A DNA stretch of 64,000 nt from contig CBDDBZ010000021.1 of NCBI GenBank assembly GCA_965225945.1, positions 46,538-110,537 on the forward strand, read 5' to 3'. The position numbers and the translations under genes were made by a program. Positions 20,439 through 32,377 of this stretch are shown here, one piece after another. The notes beneath the pieces were generated by a model. It saw only the letters and a list, made by a program, of their open reading frames with translations, did no database searches and was not told where the DNA came from. The DNA comes from Alphaproteobacteria bacterium. GTDB taxonomy: Bacteria; Pseudomonadota; Alphaproteobacteria; GCA-2731375. Numbering within the stretch: the first letter of the stretch is position 1; each line of letters starts with the position of its first letter.

Positions 20439-20685
20439 TCGATGAGCCCGCGGAGACGCACTTGGGACCCAACTTTCGCATCGCTGCTCGGCGACATCAT
20501 GCCAAGAACGTCTGACTCGTTATAAGACGCCGACAGCGCGTTTCATGTGCCGGCGATCCTGGTCAACAAGCCTTCCCGTCGTCTGATCGTCAAACGGTAG
20601 GTTCAGAAAATGTGACCTGGTCAGACGATTTACCCAAGCTCAGCCCGCCCTTGCGGCTCATGCGCTTGCCATGTCCCGCCGGCGT

Positions 20686-21033
20686 CTATCGCCGTAATCG
20701 CGCAAGGGCAATCAGAAGCCGTGCTTCAGCGGCATCACAGAGCGCCATGATGCCGCGGCAACGGGTTCGCCACTGGTCGAGTCCGTCGAGGAATTCCGAC
20801 CATATCTCGGGACTGTCGATTGCGCGAACCTGGGTGCCGAGGACGGCATCGCCCTGGCTAGCAAGAACCGACGAGAGGCGTAAGAGGACGTAGTCTTTGC
20901 GGGCTTCTTCCAGCCACATGTCAAGTGTCAGATCAGCGAGCAGATGAACGACATCTGGATCGGCGTCGAGTGGAATGTCGGCAATCGTGTAGCCGTGTTC
21001 ATTGCGTAACTTGTCGGATTTTGAGCTGGGCAT
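20686..21033 (-). CDS. hypothetical protein downstream of a C4-like antisense cassette
   Basis: 115-aa ORF with an AGGA RBS that is part of the repeated CAATAGG box. Confidence 0.55.
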   Translation of the reverse strand: MPSSKSDKLRNEHGYTIADIPLDADPDVVHLLADLTLDMWLEEARKDYVLLRLSSVLASQGDAVLGTQVRAIDSPEIWSEFLDGLDQWRTRCRGIMALCDAAEARLLIALARLRR

Positions 21034-21041
21034 CGTGCGTT

Positions 21042-21223
21042 CCTATTGTTTGGCTTTTCAGACCATCACCAACATGCGGAGTTGGCGCCCGGGGCTGAAA
21101 ACACGCAATAGGTCGTGCCCGACTGCCTTTAGGCTCGCGCCCTGGACATACGCAGCCGGGCCCCGGACATAGAAAACCCGCCGGTATCGGTGGCGGGCCT
21201 CCGCCTATTGTGACGTTTTCAGC
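21042..21223 (-). ncRNA. C4-like antisense RNA with two cognate target sites
   Basis: Minus strand: target GCTGAAAAC..CAATAGG (21223-21204); hairpin CCCGCC/GGCGGG-TTTT; antisense CCTATTG..GTTTTCAGC (21112-21094); second target CTGAAAA..CAATAGG (21061-21042) on the RBS. Confidence 0.7.
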
Positions 21224-21232
21224 GCCAACAAT

Positions 21233-21261
21233 AGGTTACGTGATGGAGGAAACTATGTCAA
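21233..21261 (-). promoter_or_regulatory. sigma70-type promoter of the C4-like cassette
   Basis: TTGACA (21261-21256), 17-nt spacer, TAACCT (21238-21233). Confidence 0.7.
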
Positions 21262-21285
21262 ATCGATAACGGCGGCATGGCGAAT

Positions 21286-21811
21286 TAGAGCGTTCCCCGA
21301 CCTGGTTGAGCCGGTTTTTGCCGTTGGGGGGATTCCCATATCTTGCGGTATGAGGGAGAATAGTTGGCAGATCTCGTGTCATAGTAGTCTGCCATGCTCA
21401 AACCGCTGTCGATTGATCTACGCCGACGCATCGTCGAGGCCAAGGAGGCCGGCGGCTCGCTCCGCTCGGTCCGCGATCGCTTCGGCGTCGCCGCGAGTTC
21501 GGTCAGCAACGGAGCGTCGAGCCGAAGAAGCTTTACTCAGGAAAATGGGTGCACATGCCGCGAGTTCGGTCAGCAACCTCCACACCTTGTGGCGCGCGAG
21601 GGGGAGCGTCGAGCCGAAGAAGATGGGGGCGATCGCCGCAGCCATGCGATCGAGGCGCACCACGATTGGCTCCTGGAGCTGGTCGCCGAGACACCGGACC
21701 TGACCCTGGCGGAAATCCGTCTTGCGCTGCTGGGCCGGAGCCACGGCTTTGGCAAGGGAACGGTGTGGCGTTTCTTCGAGCGCCATCGCATCAGCTTCAA
21801 AAAAACCGGAA
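21286..21811 (+). mobile_element. truncated, rearranged IS630-family element (HTH half of the transposase only)
   Basis: TAGAGCG left end; MLKPLSIDLRRRIV...RFGV, PDLTLAEI...VWRFFERHRISFKK followed by an A7 slippery run; no DDE domain. Confidence 0.75.
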
Positions 21812-21909
21812 AAAAGGGGTCATTCTACTTTTCCGCCTCCGCTGGCGCTGGCGACACGAGCCACGAAGAGGCCCGCCGTAGCGACCGATAAAGTAGAATG
21901 ACCCCTTTT
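21812..21909. repeat. perfect 20-bp inverted repeat, REP-like
   Basis: AAAAGGGGTCATTCTACTTT (21812-21831) and AAAGTAGAATGACCCCTTTT (21890-21909). Confidence 0.85.
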
Positions 21910-21968
21910 CTACGCCATCACGATTGTGTGACGGCCGTCGCGGGTGGCGGTGATTTACCTCCACTGCC

Positions 21969-23156
21969 TCAAGCCGCCGCCGGGGCCGCCGGGCGGGCGA
22001 CGCCGGGCAGGGCCAGACCGAACGCCGTGATCACCAGGGCGAAGGCGCCCAAGATCCAGAACACCGCCTCGAAGCCGCCCCGGCTCTCATGCAGGAAGGC
22101 CACCAGTGGCACCGCGCTGGCCGCGACGCCGAGGGCCAGGACGTATTTCACGGCATAGATCCGCCCCCGCCATTCGTTGCTCGAATGGCGCGCGATCAGC
22201 GTGTCTAGAATCGGGATCTGGCCGAACACCAGGCTCATCGCGATCAATCCGCCCAAGAACATCCCCACCTCCGTGAGCCCGGTCAGCAGCAGGAACATCG
22301 GCACTTGCAGGCCCAGCAACACCAGGAACACCGGCTTCACCGGATATTTGTCGATCAGGTTGCCGACCAGGATCTGGCTGAAGGCGGCGACGGCGAAGAT
22401 CGCCGCGACCAAGAGGCCGACGTCGGAGGTGCCGGCAAGGAAGCTCGACACCCGCTCGTCGATCACCTTGGGCATGGCGATGGTGGTGGCGTTGAAGATG
22501 ATGCCGCCGAGCGAGGTGGCGACGACGATCACGGTGAACACCCGGATCATGGTCTGGCGGTCGAAGCCGCCGCGCGGCGCCTCCAACTTGCGCAACTGCC
22601 CCGCCTCGGCCGCCCGTTTGGCGAAGACGAGGAAGGCGAGGCCGGTCAGGATCGCGATCACGCCGGGCACGACGAAGGCGGCGCGCCAACTGATCAGATC
22701 GGTGAGCACGCCGGCGACCAGCCCCGCCGCCGCGACGCCCATGTTGCCGAAGACGCCGTTGATGCCCAGCAAGCGGCCCACCTTCTCCCGCCCCTCGACC
22801 AGCATCGAGATGCCGCAAGGGTGATAGATCGAGGCGAAGACGCCGATCACCAACAGGCCGGCGCCGATCTGGAGCGGTGTGCGGGCGAAGCCGGTCAGCA
22901 CCGAGGCGAGGCCGATGCCGATGAAGAAGATCACCATCATGCCCGCCCGGCTCCACTTGTCGCCGAGCCAGCCGGCCAGGATCGCGCCGCCGCCGAAGGC
23001 GACGAAACCCGCCGTCGAGAAGGCGAGCAGCGTGCCGTAGGAGGCATCGAACTCCCGTTCCAGCGCGATCACCACGGTGGTGAACAGCAGCATGATCATG
23101 TGGTCGAAGAAGTGTCCGACATTCAGGAACAGCGTCCGGGTCGCGTCGCGAGACAT
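21969..23156 (-). CDS. MFS transporter
   Basis: About 12 hydrophobic segments, GWLGDKWSR motif A, ASIYHP. Confidence 0.88.
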   Translation of the reverse strand: MSRDATRTLFLNVGHFFDHMIMLLFTTVVIALEREFDASYGTLLAFSTAGFVAFGGGAILAGWLGDKWSRAGMMVIFFIGIGLASVLTGFARTPLQIGAGLLVIGVFASIYHPCGISMLVEGREKVGRLLGINGVFGNMGVAAAGLVAGVLTDLISWRAAFVVPGVIAILTGLAFLVFAKRAAEAGQLRKLEAPRGGFDRQTMIRVFTVIVVATSLGGIIFNATTIAMPKVIDERVSSFLAGTSDVGLLVAAIFAVAAFSQILVGNLIDKYPVKPVFLVLLGLQVPMFLLLTGLTEVGMFLGGLIAMSLVFGQIPILDTLIARHSSNEWRGRIYAVKYVLALGVAASAVPLVAFLHESRGGFEAVFWILGAFALVITAFGLALPGVARPAAPAAA

Positions 23157-23406
23157 CACCATTTCCCTCGTTTCGAACTTCGCGGCGCCAGGCTAGCCGC
23201 TTTGGGCGCGGCCGTCTCACGCGGTTCCGACAAATTACATCGAGGTTCGGTCAAATCGACCGATCGCCGGTCTCGAAGAGGCGAGCGCCCAGATCACAAG
23301 GGCGCGGTCCGGACGGAGCCATGGTCGAAGTATTCCATCCGAAGCGGCGCGAATTGGCGAATCAACGGGTTTTTGCGACCCCGGCGAGCCGTGGCAATTC
23401 GCCCCC

Positions 23407-25353
<1,947 letters not shown>

Positions 25354-25521
25354 CGCCACTGATCCTCCCTTAAGGGCCGCCTTTTCGACGGCCCGAACGC
25401 TAGCATGAGTTCCCGGCGATTATTCCGCCATCCGCCCAGCCCGGCAAGCGGCTGAGCGGACGTTCGTCGGCTCCCTCGGGTATACCATCGCGATTCCGTG
25501 ACGGAAGGAAGGAGTGACGCC

Positions 25522-25959
25522 ATGAGCTGGGACTGGCGGCGGGTGGCGCCGGAGGAGGAGGGCTTCGAGGCCGATCTCGGGGCGCGGCTGGAGGCGGCGG
25601 CGGCCTCCGGCTTACGGATGCGGCCGCGCGACCTCGCGCAGATCGGCCGGCTGGTGAATGCCGGGGGCCGGTGGGGCGAGAGGGAGATCGTGCCGGCGGC
25701 CTGGGTCGAGGCGATGCTGACGCCCCGGGTGCGTCCCGACGAGACCATCGAGTATGGCTACCAGTGGTGGATCGGGCGGGCCTCGCGTTCCGGCAGGCCC
25801 TGGCACGGCGCCTTCGGCAACGGCGGCCAGCGCCTGATGGCGGCGCCGGGGCTCGATCTCGTCATCGCCGCCACCGCCGGCAACTACAACAGCCTCGACG
25901 CCTGGCGCGTGCCCGTGGGCGTGTCCACCGAGGTGGTGTTTCCAGCGTTGAGGCAATGA
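25522..25959 (+). pseudogene. serine hydrolase (beta-lactamase class C-like) with a large internal deletion
   Basis: N-terminal WRRVAPEEEGF joined directly to C-terminal SGLRMRPRDLAQIG...YGYQWW...GNGGQR; no SxxK motif. Confidence 0.7.
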
Positions 25960-26025
25960 TGCATCCCGCCGCTTCCGGCGACCGCCTCGAGGAGGGCGTC
26001 GCCGCGCGCGTGGGTTGACGATTCC

Positions 26026-27105
26026 TCACCCCAGGTGCCATTCGGGCTCCAACGGACAATGGAGGACCGTATCGGGGCCGACGATGCCGCCGGGGCGAGG
26101 CACGGTCTCGGGCGTCCCGTGGCGTTCGTAATAGACGGCCGGCAGCGGCCGTCCGTCGTGGCAGAGCAGCCAGAGTCGCAGCAGATGGCGCCGCCCGTCC
26201 GGCGCAACGTGATCCTCGAAACCCCGGCGCGAATGCAGGATCGCGTGGTTGTTCAGGAACTGCATGTCGCCCGGCTCGAAGGCGATTTCGAGGTGCAATG
26301 CCTCGGCCACCTCGCCGACCATGGCGACGCCCTCGATCTGCGCCGCCGAGTTCGGGTCGCGGCCGTCGAAATGGCGGGCGACGGAGCCGATGTAGGTCGG
26401 CTCGATGGTGGTCGACAGCAGCCCGTCGTGGCGGTTGAACACGGGGATCGCGTACCACGGCGCCTTGCCCGGCGGGATCTCGTCGCGGCGATCGCGATAC
26501 ACCGGCGCCTCCAGCGCGGCGACCAGATCCGGGCGGCGTTCGAGCATCGCGTTATGGACCGCGCCGGAGCTGGCGATCAGGCTCTCTCCGCCGGCCTTGG
26601 CCGGGGCCAGGCACAGCAGACCGGCGATGTCGCAGCAGTCGACGTGATAGGGGATGGTCTCGGCCGAATAGGGGCCGCGCTGGCTGGGGTTGGCGCGGCT
26701 CTGGCCGAGATCGAGGATATGGCCCAGAAGGTGGCCGTTGGCGTTCTGCGAGGCGACCTCGTGGCCGAGATGACGGCCGATTCCCCAGAAGGCGATCGCC
26801 GCGCCGAGCCGGCCCAGCCGCGCCACCGGCAGGCCCCGGAGCTGCGCGAAGCCGCGTCCGTCGAGGATCTCGCGGCGGATCTCGCGCAAGGCGGGGCCGA
26901 GGCGGGGCAAGGGAAAATCCTCGGCGCGAATGGCCATCAGGTCGGCCTCCGCCGTCGTCAACGGCGCCACCACCGCCTCGATTTCCGCCACCTCCGCCGC
27001 CGACAATCGATAGAGCCAATCGTCATGGCGCGCCATCTCCGCCCCGGTCCAGACCGAGGGATGGGAAATCGGCGCCGATGGTCGGCTTCGGTCGTTTCGC
27101 GTCAT
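26026..27105 (-). CDS. TauD/TfdA family dioxygenase
   Basis: YHVD, PGDMQFLNNHAILHSR, RHLLRLWL. Confidence 0.88.
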   Translation of the reverse strand: MTRNDRSRPSAPISHPSVWTGAEMARHDDWLYRLSAAEVAEIEAVVAPLTTAEADLMAIRAEDFPLPRLGPALREIRREILDGRGFAQLRGLPVARLGRLGAAIAFWGIGRHLGHEVASQNANGHLLGHILDLGQSRANPSQRGPYSAETIPYHVDCCDIAGLLCLAPAKAGGESLIASSGAVHNAMLERRPDLVAALEAPVYRDRRDEIPPGKAPWYAIPVFNRHDGLLSTTIEPTYIGSVARHFDGRDPNSAAQIEGVAMVGEVAEALHLEIAFEPGDMQFLNNHAILHSRRGFEDHVAPDGRRHLLRLWLLCHDGRPLPAVYYERHGTPETVPRPGGIVGPDTVLHCPLEPEWHLG

Positions 27106-27357
27106 CTGTCCGCCTCGTCCCGTATTTCCGCCAGCCGAGGGAGGATCTTAGGCCGTCGCCGATGTGCGATCCAGAGAATGCAAATCCCTGGTCCCCGCGC
27201 CCAGGGCGGTTCCTCGATTTGATGGTATAATCGCGGCAAGTTCCGAAGCATCCGTTTGGCGATGATCGACATGAACCAAACGTGAGATTCCCATATTGGG
27301 TTCAAGAAAGAAATCGCGGAACCAGGCAAATTCGCGCGACACGTGGAGAGGGCGTGC

Positions 27358-28722
27358 ATGATCGACGACGAGTTGTTGCGGGAAACCTCGGCGCGGGCGG
27401 CGCGCTATCTGGCGGGGTTGGAAGACCGAGCCGTGGCGCCCACGGCCGAGGCCTTGGCGGCGCTCGACCCGTTGGGCGGCGGTCTGCCCGAGGACCCCAT
27501 GGCGCCGCGCGCGGTGATCGATCTGATCGATCGGCTGGGCGGGCCCGCGACCATCGCCTGCGCGGGCCCTCGCTATTTCGGCTTCGTCACCGGCGGCGCC
27601 CTGCCGGCGGCGCTCGCCGGCAACTGGCTCGCCTCGACCTGGGATCAGAACGCCTTCTCGAGCGCGAGCTCGCCGCTCGGCGCCAAGTTGGAGGCCATCG
27701 CGCTCGCTTGGCTGGTCGAGGCCCTGCGTCTTCCCGAAGGGACCGCCGGCTCGCTGGTCACGGGCGCCACCATGGCCAACTTCACCGGCCTGGCCGCCGC
27801 CCGTCACGCGGTGCTGGCCGAGCAGGGCTGGGACGTGGAGGCGGACGGCCTCTTCGGCGCACCGGAAATCCGTGTCGTCGTCGGCGAGGAGGTCCATGCC
27901 TCGCTTCTGAAGGCCCTGCGTCTGGTCGGCTTCGGCGCCGAGCGGGTGACGCGGGTCGCGGCCGACGAGCAGGGCCGGATGCGGGCCGACGCGCTGCCGG
28001 GAATCGAGGGGCCGACGATCCTCTGTCTGCAGGCCGGCAACGTGAACAGCGGCGCGCTCGATCCCGCCGCCCTGATCATCCCCCGCGCCAAGGCGGCCGG
28101 CGCCTGGGTCCATGTCGACGGCGCCTTCGGCCTGTGGGCCCGCGCCGCACCGAAGCTCGCGGCCCAGGCGGAGGGCTACGAGGCGGCGGACAGTTGGGCG
28201 ATCGACGGCCACAAATGGCTCAACCTGCCCTACGACTGCGGGATCGCGCTGGTGCGGCGGCGGGACGCGTTGCGCGGCGCGATGCGGGTCGGCGCCGCCT
28301 ATCTGGGGGAGGAGGCGCTTCGCGATCCCTTCGAATATACCCCCGAATGCAGCCGGCGCATGCGAAGCCTCGAGGTCTGGGCGGGGCTGAAGTCACTGGG
28401 CCGCGCCGGCCTCGCGGAATTGGTGGAACGCTGTTGCGGGCTCGCCGAACGCATGGCGACGGGCCTGCGGGCCGCCGGCTTCGAGGTCTTGAACGAGGTA
28501 TCGCTGAACCAGGTGATGGTGTCGTTCGGTGACGCGGAGCGGACCCGGGCGGTGATGGAGGCGGTTCAGGCCGACGGCACCTGCTGGTGCGGCGGCACCG
28601 TCTGGCACAATCGCGCGGCGATGCGGATCAGCGTCTCCAACTGGGCCACGACGGCGGCGGACATCGACCGGAGCCTCGCCGCCATCACCCGTCTCGCGCG
28701 GGAGATCACGAGTCGGAATTAG
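27358..28722 (+). CDS. PLP-dependent decarboxylase (group II)
   Basis: PRYFGFVTGG, TGATMAN, HVDGAFG, SWAIDGHKWLNLPYDCG. Confidence 0.9.
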   Translation: MIDDELLRETSARAARYLAGLEDRAVAPTAEALAALDPLGGGLPEDPMAPRAVIDLIDRLGGPATIACAGPRYFGFVTGGALPAALAGNWLASTWDQNAFSSASSPLGAKLEAIALAWLVEALRLPEGTAGSLVTGATMANFTGLAAARHAVLAEQGWDVEADGLFGAPEIRVVVGEEVHASLLKALRLVGFGAERVTRVAADEQGRMRADALPGIEGPTILCLQAGNVNSGALDPAALIIPRAKAAGAWVHVDGAFGLWARAAPKLAAQAEGYEAADSWAIDGHKWLNLPYDCGIALVRRRDALRGAMRVGAAYLGEEALRDPFEYTPECSRRMRSLEVWAGLKSLGRAGLAELVERCCGLAERMATGLRAAGFEVLNEVSLNQVMVSFGDAERTRAVMEAVQADGTCWCGGTVWHNRAAMRISVSNWATTAADIDRSLAAITRLAREITSRN

Positions 28723-28754
28723 GGCGCTTCAGAATTGAAGCGAATCGTCCGGTA

Positions 28755-29748
28755 TTAGCCTCCGACCTCGACCATGCGTCCTTCCGCCAGCGAGCGGTAG
28801 GCGGCGTCGGCCAGGAGCAGAGCGCGGCGACCGTCCTCGGCGGTGGTGCGCGGCGCGGCCCCGTCGAGGAGGCAGGCGAGGAAATGTTCGAGCTCCAGCC
28901 TGTAGGCCTCGGCGTAGCGTTGGAGAAAGAAATCGAGCGGACGTTCGCCGGTGACACCATCGGCGTCGGTCACCTCGAGCGTGGTCTCGGTCCGGTTGGC
29001 GACGCGCAGCATGCCGTTCGATCCCAGAACTTCCAGGCGCTGGTCGTAGCCGTAGACCGCGCGCCGGCTGTTGGTGATGACGGCGATCTGGCCGGCTTCA
29101 GTGACCAGGGTGATGGCAGCGGTAATCGTGATCGCCCGCCTCGGCCGCCGCCGGATCGAACAGCCGGCTGGCGGTGGCGTGGAGGCGCACCGGCTCGGCC
29201 CCCAGCAACCAGCGCGCCATGTCGAAGTCGTGGATGGTCATGTCGCGGAATAGACCGCCGGAGCGCCGCAGATATTCCAAGGGCGGCGGTTCCGGGTCGC
29301 GACTGGTGATGATCACCGTCTCCACCCGGCCGATTCGTCCCTCGTCAATCGCCCGCTTCAGTGCGGCCATGCTCGGATCGAAGCGGCGGTTGAAGCCGAC
29401 CTGCAGCAGGACGCCGGCCTCCCGGGCGACCGCCAGGCAGCCCTCGACGCGGGCGAGATCCAGGTCGATCGGCTTCTCGCAGAAGATCGCCTTGCCGGCG
29501 CGGGCCGAGGCCTCGATCAGCTCGGCGTGGGTATCGGTGCTGCTGGCGATGATCACCGCGCCGACGGCAGGGTCCGAGAGCGCGACGTCGACGTCGCTCA
29601 CCTCGCCGCCGTGACGGGCCGCGAGACGTTTGGCGGCCTCGGCGTCGATGTCGACGACATGGCGAAGGCGGGCGCGATCCGCGGTCGCCAGATTGGCGGC
29701 ATGGATCTGGCCGATGCGGCCGGCGCCGAATTGCACGATCTCGATCAT
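28755..29748 (-). pseudogene. iolG: inositol 2-dehydrogenase-like, frameshifted near 29125
   Basis: GAGRIG, CEKP, GFNRRFD, SGGLFRDMTIHDFD. Removing one T (GATTACC to GATACC) restores DTAAITLVTEAGQIAVITNSRRAVYGYDQRLEV. Confidence 0.85.
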
Positions 29749-29904
29749 GGCCCCACTCCGACGATGCTACCTCGTGGTCTATCAGGTGCTGGAGGTGGCG
29801 CAAACCCGCTTGGCCGCTTCGACCTGCACTCTACTATTCCTTCCCTCGCGCGATTTACCCGAGGTGGCGCCACATGGCGAGCCTACGCTTTACGGCGGCG
29901 CATC

Positions 29905-30122
29905 TGAAGCTGGCGATGGCCTACGTCATCGCCAACAACGGTGGCTATCGGGTTGTCAAGCAGCGCCTGCTCGCCTTCGACGGCAACGACGAGTTCATCG
30001 CCATGAGGCTCGAGGTTCCGCCGATCGATGAGCTCGGCCTGGCCCGTTCTCTCGACCTGGAGGCCACGCGGAGCGGCAAGACCAGCCTGCTGGACATCCA
30101 TATCGAGGGTTCGGTCGGATGA
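29905..30122 (+). pseudogene. C-terminal remnant of a ThDP-dependent decarboxylase
   Basis: YVIANNGGYRVVKQRLLAF...PPID..LARSL; rest of the gene absent. Confidence 0.55.
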
Positions 30123-30300
30123 GCGGGGACCGGGCAGTTCCGCGCGGGCGGATCGCATTCCGGACAGGTCCGCGCCGGTCGCGAACAGAAAGCTTCACAT
30201 TTCCAAGCTATTAGGTCACACTTCGTCTGCGAGTTGGTCATCGGGGGGCGCCCTGTGGGATCCGCCGGGGACGACAATACGGGGACGACAATAAAGTTGA

Positions 30301-30522
30301 GTGAAGGGATTGAAGAAGATGCGTGTCGGCGACATGCCCCTTTGGGGAATTCTGGTCGGTATCCTACCGGCAATCGTGGTCAAGCTTCCCGGCATGGATA
30401 TGAGCTGGGGAGCGGCGTTCCTGACATACCTCGGAGTAACCGCGGTGGTGGCGATACTCTGGCAGCTCGACAAGCTGGATGACACCATGCGCAGCGGACC
30501 GGGCGAATCGGACGATTCCTGA
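30301..30522 (+). CDS. small hypothetical membrane protein
   Basis: 73-aa ORF with two hydrophobic segments. Confidence 0.45.
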   Translation: MKGLKKMRVGDMPLWGILVGILPAIVVKLPGMDMSWGAAFLTYLGVTAVVAILWQLDKLDDTMRSGPGESDDS

Positions 30523-30727
30523 CGCCGCCGGGGGCCGCGCGCGGTCCCCGATTTGGCCTCGCTCCAGGCCATGCACCCGATGGCGAGACCGCGCCGTCGC
30601 GCCACCGTCGGCTCGGTGGACAGGCGACGAGAACGGTACGACGCGATAGACGTGAGCTCGCGAGTCGCACGGCGATTGCGATTCGATTCCCCGACTCCGT
30701 GGATCATTGGGCGTGGATCATTGGGCC

Positions 30728-32362
30728 ATGGCACGGCTGACTGGTGGCCAAGCGCTGGTGAAATCCGTCATCGCGAACGGCGTCGATACGCTGTTCGCGC
30801 TCCCTGGCGTCCAGTTGGATCACTTCTTCAACGCGCTGCACGATGAAGGCAACGCGATCCGGGTGATCAATTCCCGCCATGAGCAGGGCTCCGCCTACAT
30901 GGCGCTCGGCCAAGCGATGGCGACCGGCGGGATCGGTGCCTATGCCGTGGTGCCCGGACCGGGCGTGTTGAACACGCTGTCGGCGCTCGCCACGGCCCAG
31001 AGCGCCGGTGCCCGGGTGCTGTGTCTCACCGGTCAAATCCCCTCGGCCCACATCGGCCGGGGGCTCGGCATGCTGCACGAGATCCCCGATCAGTTGGGCA
31101 CGCTGCGCGGCCTGACCAAGTGGGCCGACCGAATCGATCATCCGACCAGCGCGCCGGCCGCCGTGGCGGAAGCGTTCCGTCGCCTGCTCGGCGGCGCGCC
31201 GGGACCGGTGGCGCTGGAGATGGCGCTCGACCTGCTCGCGGATTCGGCGGAAGTCGGGCCGATCGCCGCCCACGAACCGTTGCCCCCCGCGCCCCTCGAC
31301 AAGGAGGCGGTGGATCGGGCCGCGACCCTGTTGGGCGAGGCGGCGGCCCCGATGATCTTCGTTGGCGGCGGCATCTTCGGCGCGGAGGACGAGCTCCAGG
31401 CGCTGGCCGAGATGTTGCAGGCGCCGGTGGTGGCCAATCGCATGGGGCGGGGCGCGCTCGACGACGCGCATCCCCTCTCGGTCACCAGCCCGGTCGGCCA
31501 CGCGCTTTGGGCCGAGGCGGACGTGGTGCTGGCGGTCGGCACCCGCTTGCAGCCGCAGCGGATGAACTGGGGCATGGATCGGGACTTGAAGCTGATCCAC
31601 GTCAACACCAATCCGGTGGAATTGAAGCGCATCGCGACGCCCGAGGTGGCGCTGGCGAGCGATGCCAAGGCGACGCTCGCGGCACTGCTCGATCTGGTAG
31701 CGATACGAAATCGCGCCCGGCCCCCGCGCGGCGAGGAAATCGCCGCCATGAAGGCGGCCATGCGTGCTGATCTCGAGGCCAGCCTCGGTCCGCAGATGGG
31801 TTTCGTCGGGGCACTCAGACGGGCGCTCGATCCCGACGGCGTGCTGGTCTGCGACCTGACACAGGTCGGCTACGTCTCGCAGGCGGCCTTCCCGGTGCAT
31901 CGGCCGCGCGGCTTCATCTCCAGCGGCTATCAGGGCACCCTCGGCTACGGCTTCGCCACCGCGCTCGGCGTCAAGGTGGCCCGGCCCGACGTTCAGGTGC
32001 TCTCGATCAACGGCGACGGCGGCTTCATGTACAACGTGCAGGAACTCGCGACCGCGGTGAAGGAGGGGATCGGCGTCGTCGCCGTGGTCTTCAACGATTC
32101 CGCTTACGGTAACGTCCTCAGGATGCAGCACGAGCTGCATGACGGCCGGGTGATCGCCAGCGACCTCCACAACCCGGATTTCGTAGCGCTGGCCGAGAGT
32201 TTCGGCGCCCGGGGCTACCGCGCCGAGACGCCGGCGGCGTTGGAGGAAGCGTTGGCCGATGCGTTTCGCCACGGCGGTCCCGCCCTCGTCGACGTGCCGG
32301 TGGGGCCGATGCCGAGCCCTTGGGGCCTGCTGATGCCGGGCCGCGTCCGGCCCCGCGCTTGA
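30728..32362 (+). CDS. thiamine pyrophosphate-dependent enzyme (acetolactate synthase-like)
   Basis: TGGQAL, RHEQG, PGPGVLN, GTLGYGF, GDGGFMYNVQEL...FND. Confidence 0.9.
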   Translation: MARLTGGQALVKSVIANGVDTLFALPGVQLDHFFNALHDEGNAIRVINSRHEQGSAYMALGQAMATGGIGAYAVVPGPGVLNTLSALATAQSAGARVLCLTGQIPSAHIGRGLGMLHEIPDQLGTLRGLTKWADRIDHPTSAPAAVAEAFRRLLGGAPGPVALEMALDLLADSAEVGPIAAHEPLPPAPLDKEAVDRAATLLGEAAAPMIFVGGGIFGAEDELQALAEMLQAPVVANRMGRGALDDAHPLSVTSPVGHALWAEADVVLAVGTRLQPQRMNWGMDRDLKLIHVNTNPVELKRIATPEVALASDAKATLAALLDLVAIRNRARPPRGEEIAAMKAAMRADLEASLGPQMGFVGALRRALDPDGVLVCDLTQVGYVSQAAFPVHRPRGFISSGYQGTLGYGFATALGVKVARPDVQVLSINGDGGFMYNVQELATAVKEGIGVVAVVFNDSAYGNVLRMQHELHDGRVIASDLHNPDFVALAESFGARGYRAETPAALEEALADAFRHGGPALVDVPVGPMPSPWGLLMPGRVRPRA

Positions 32363-32377
32363 GCGGGGACGAGAGCG

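Noticed and set aside
17422-21261. Intact prophage
   Set aside because: No integrase, terminase, capsid or tail genes.
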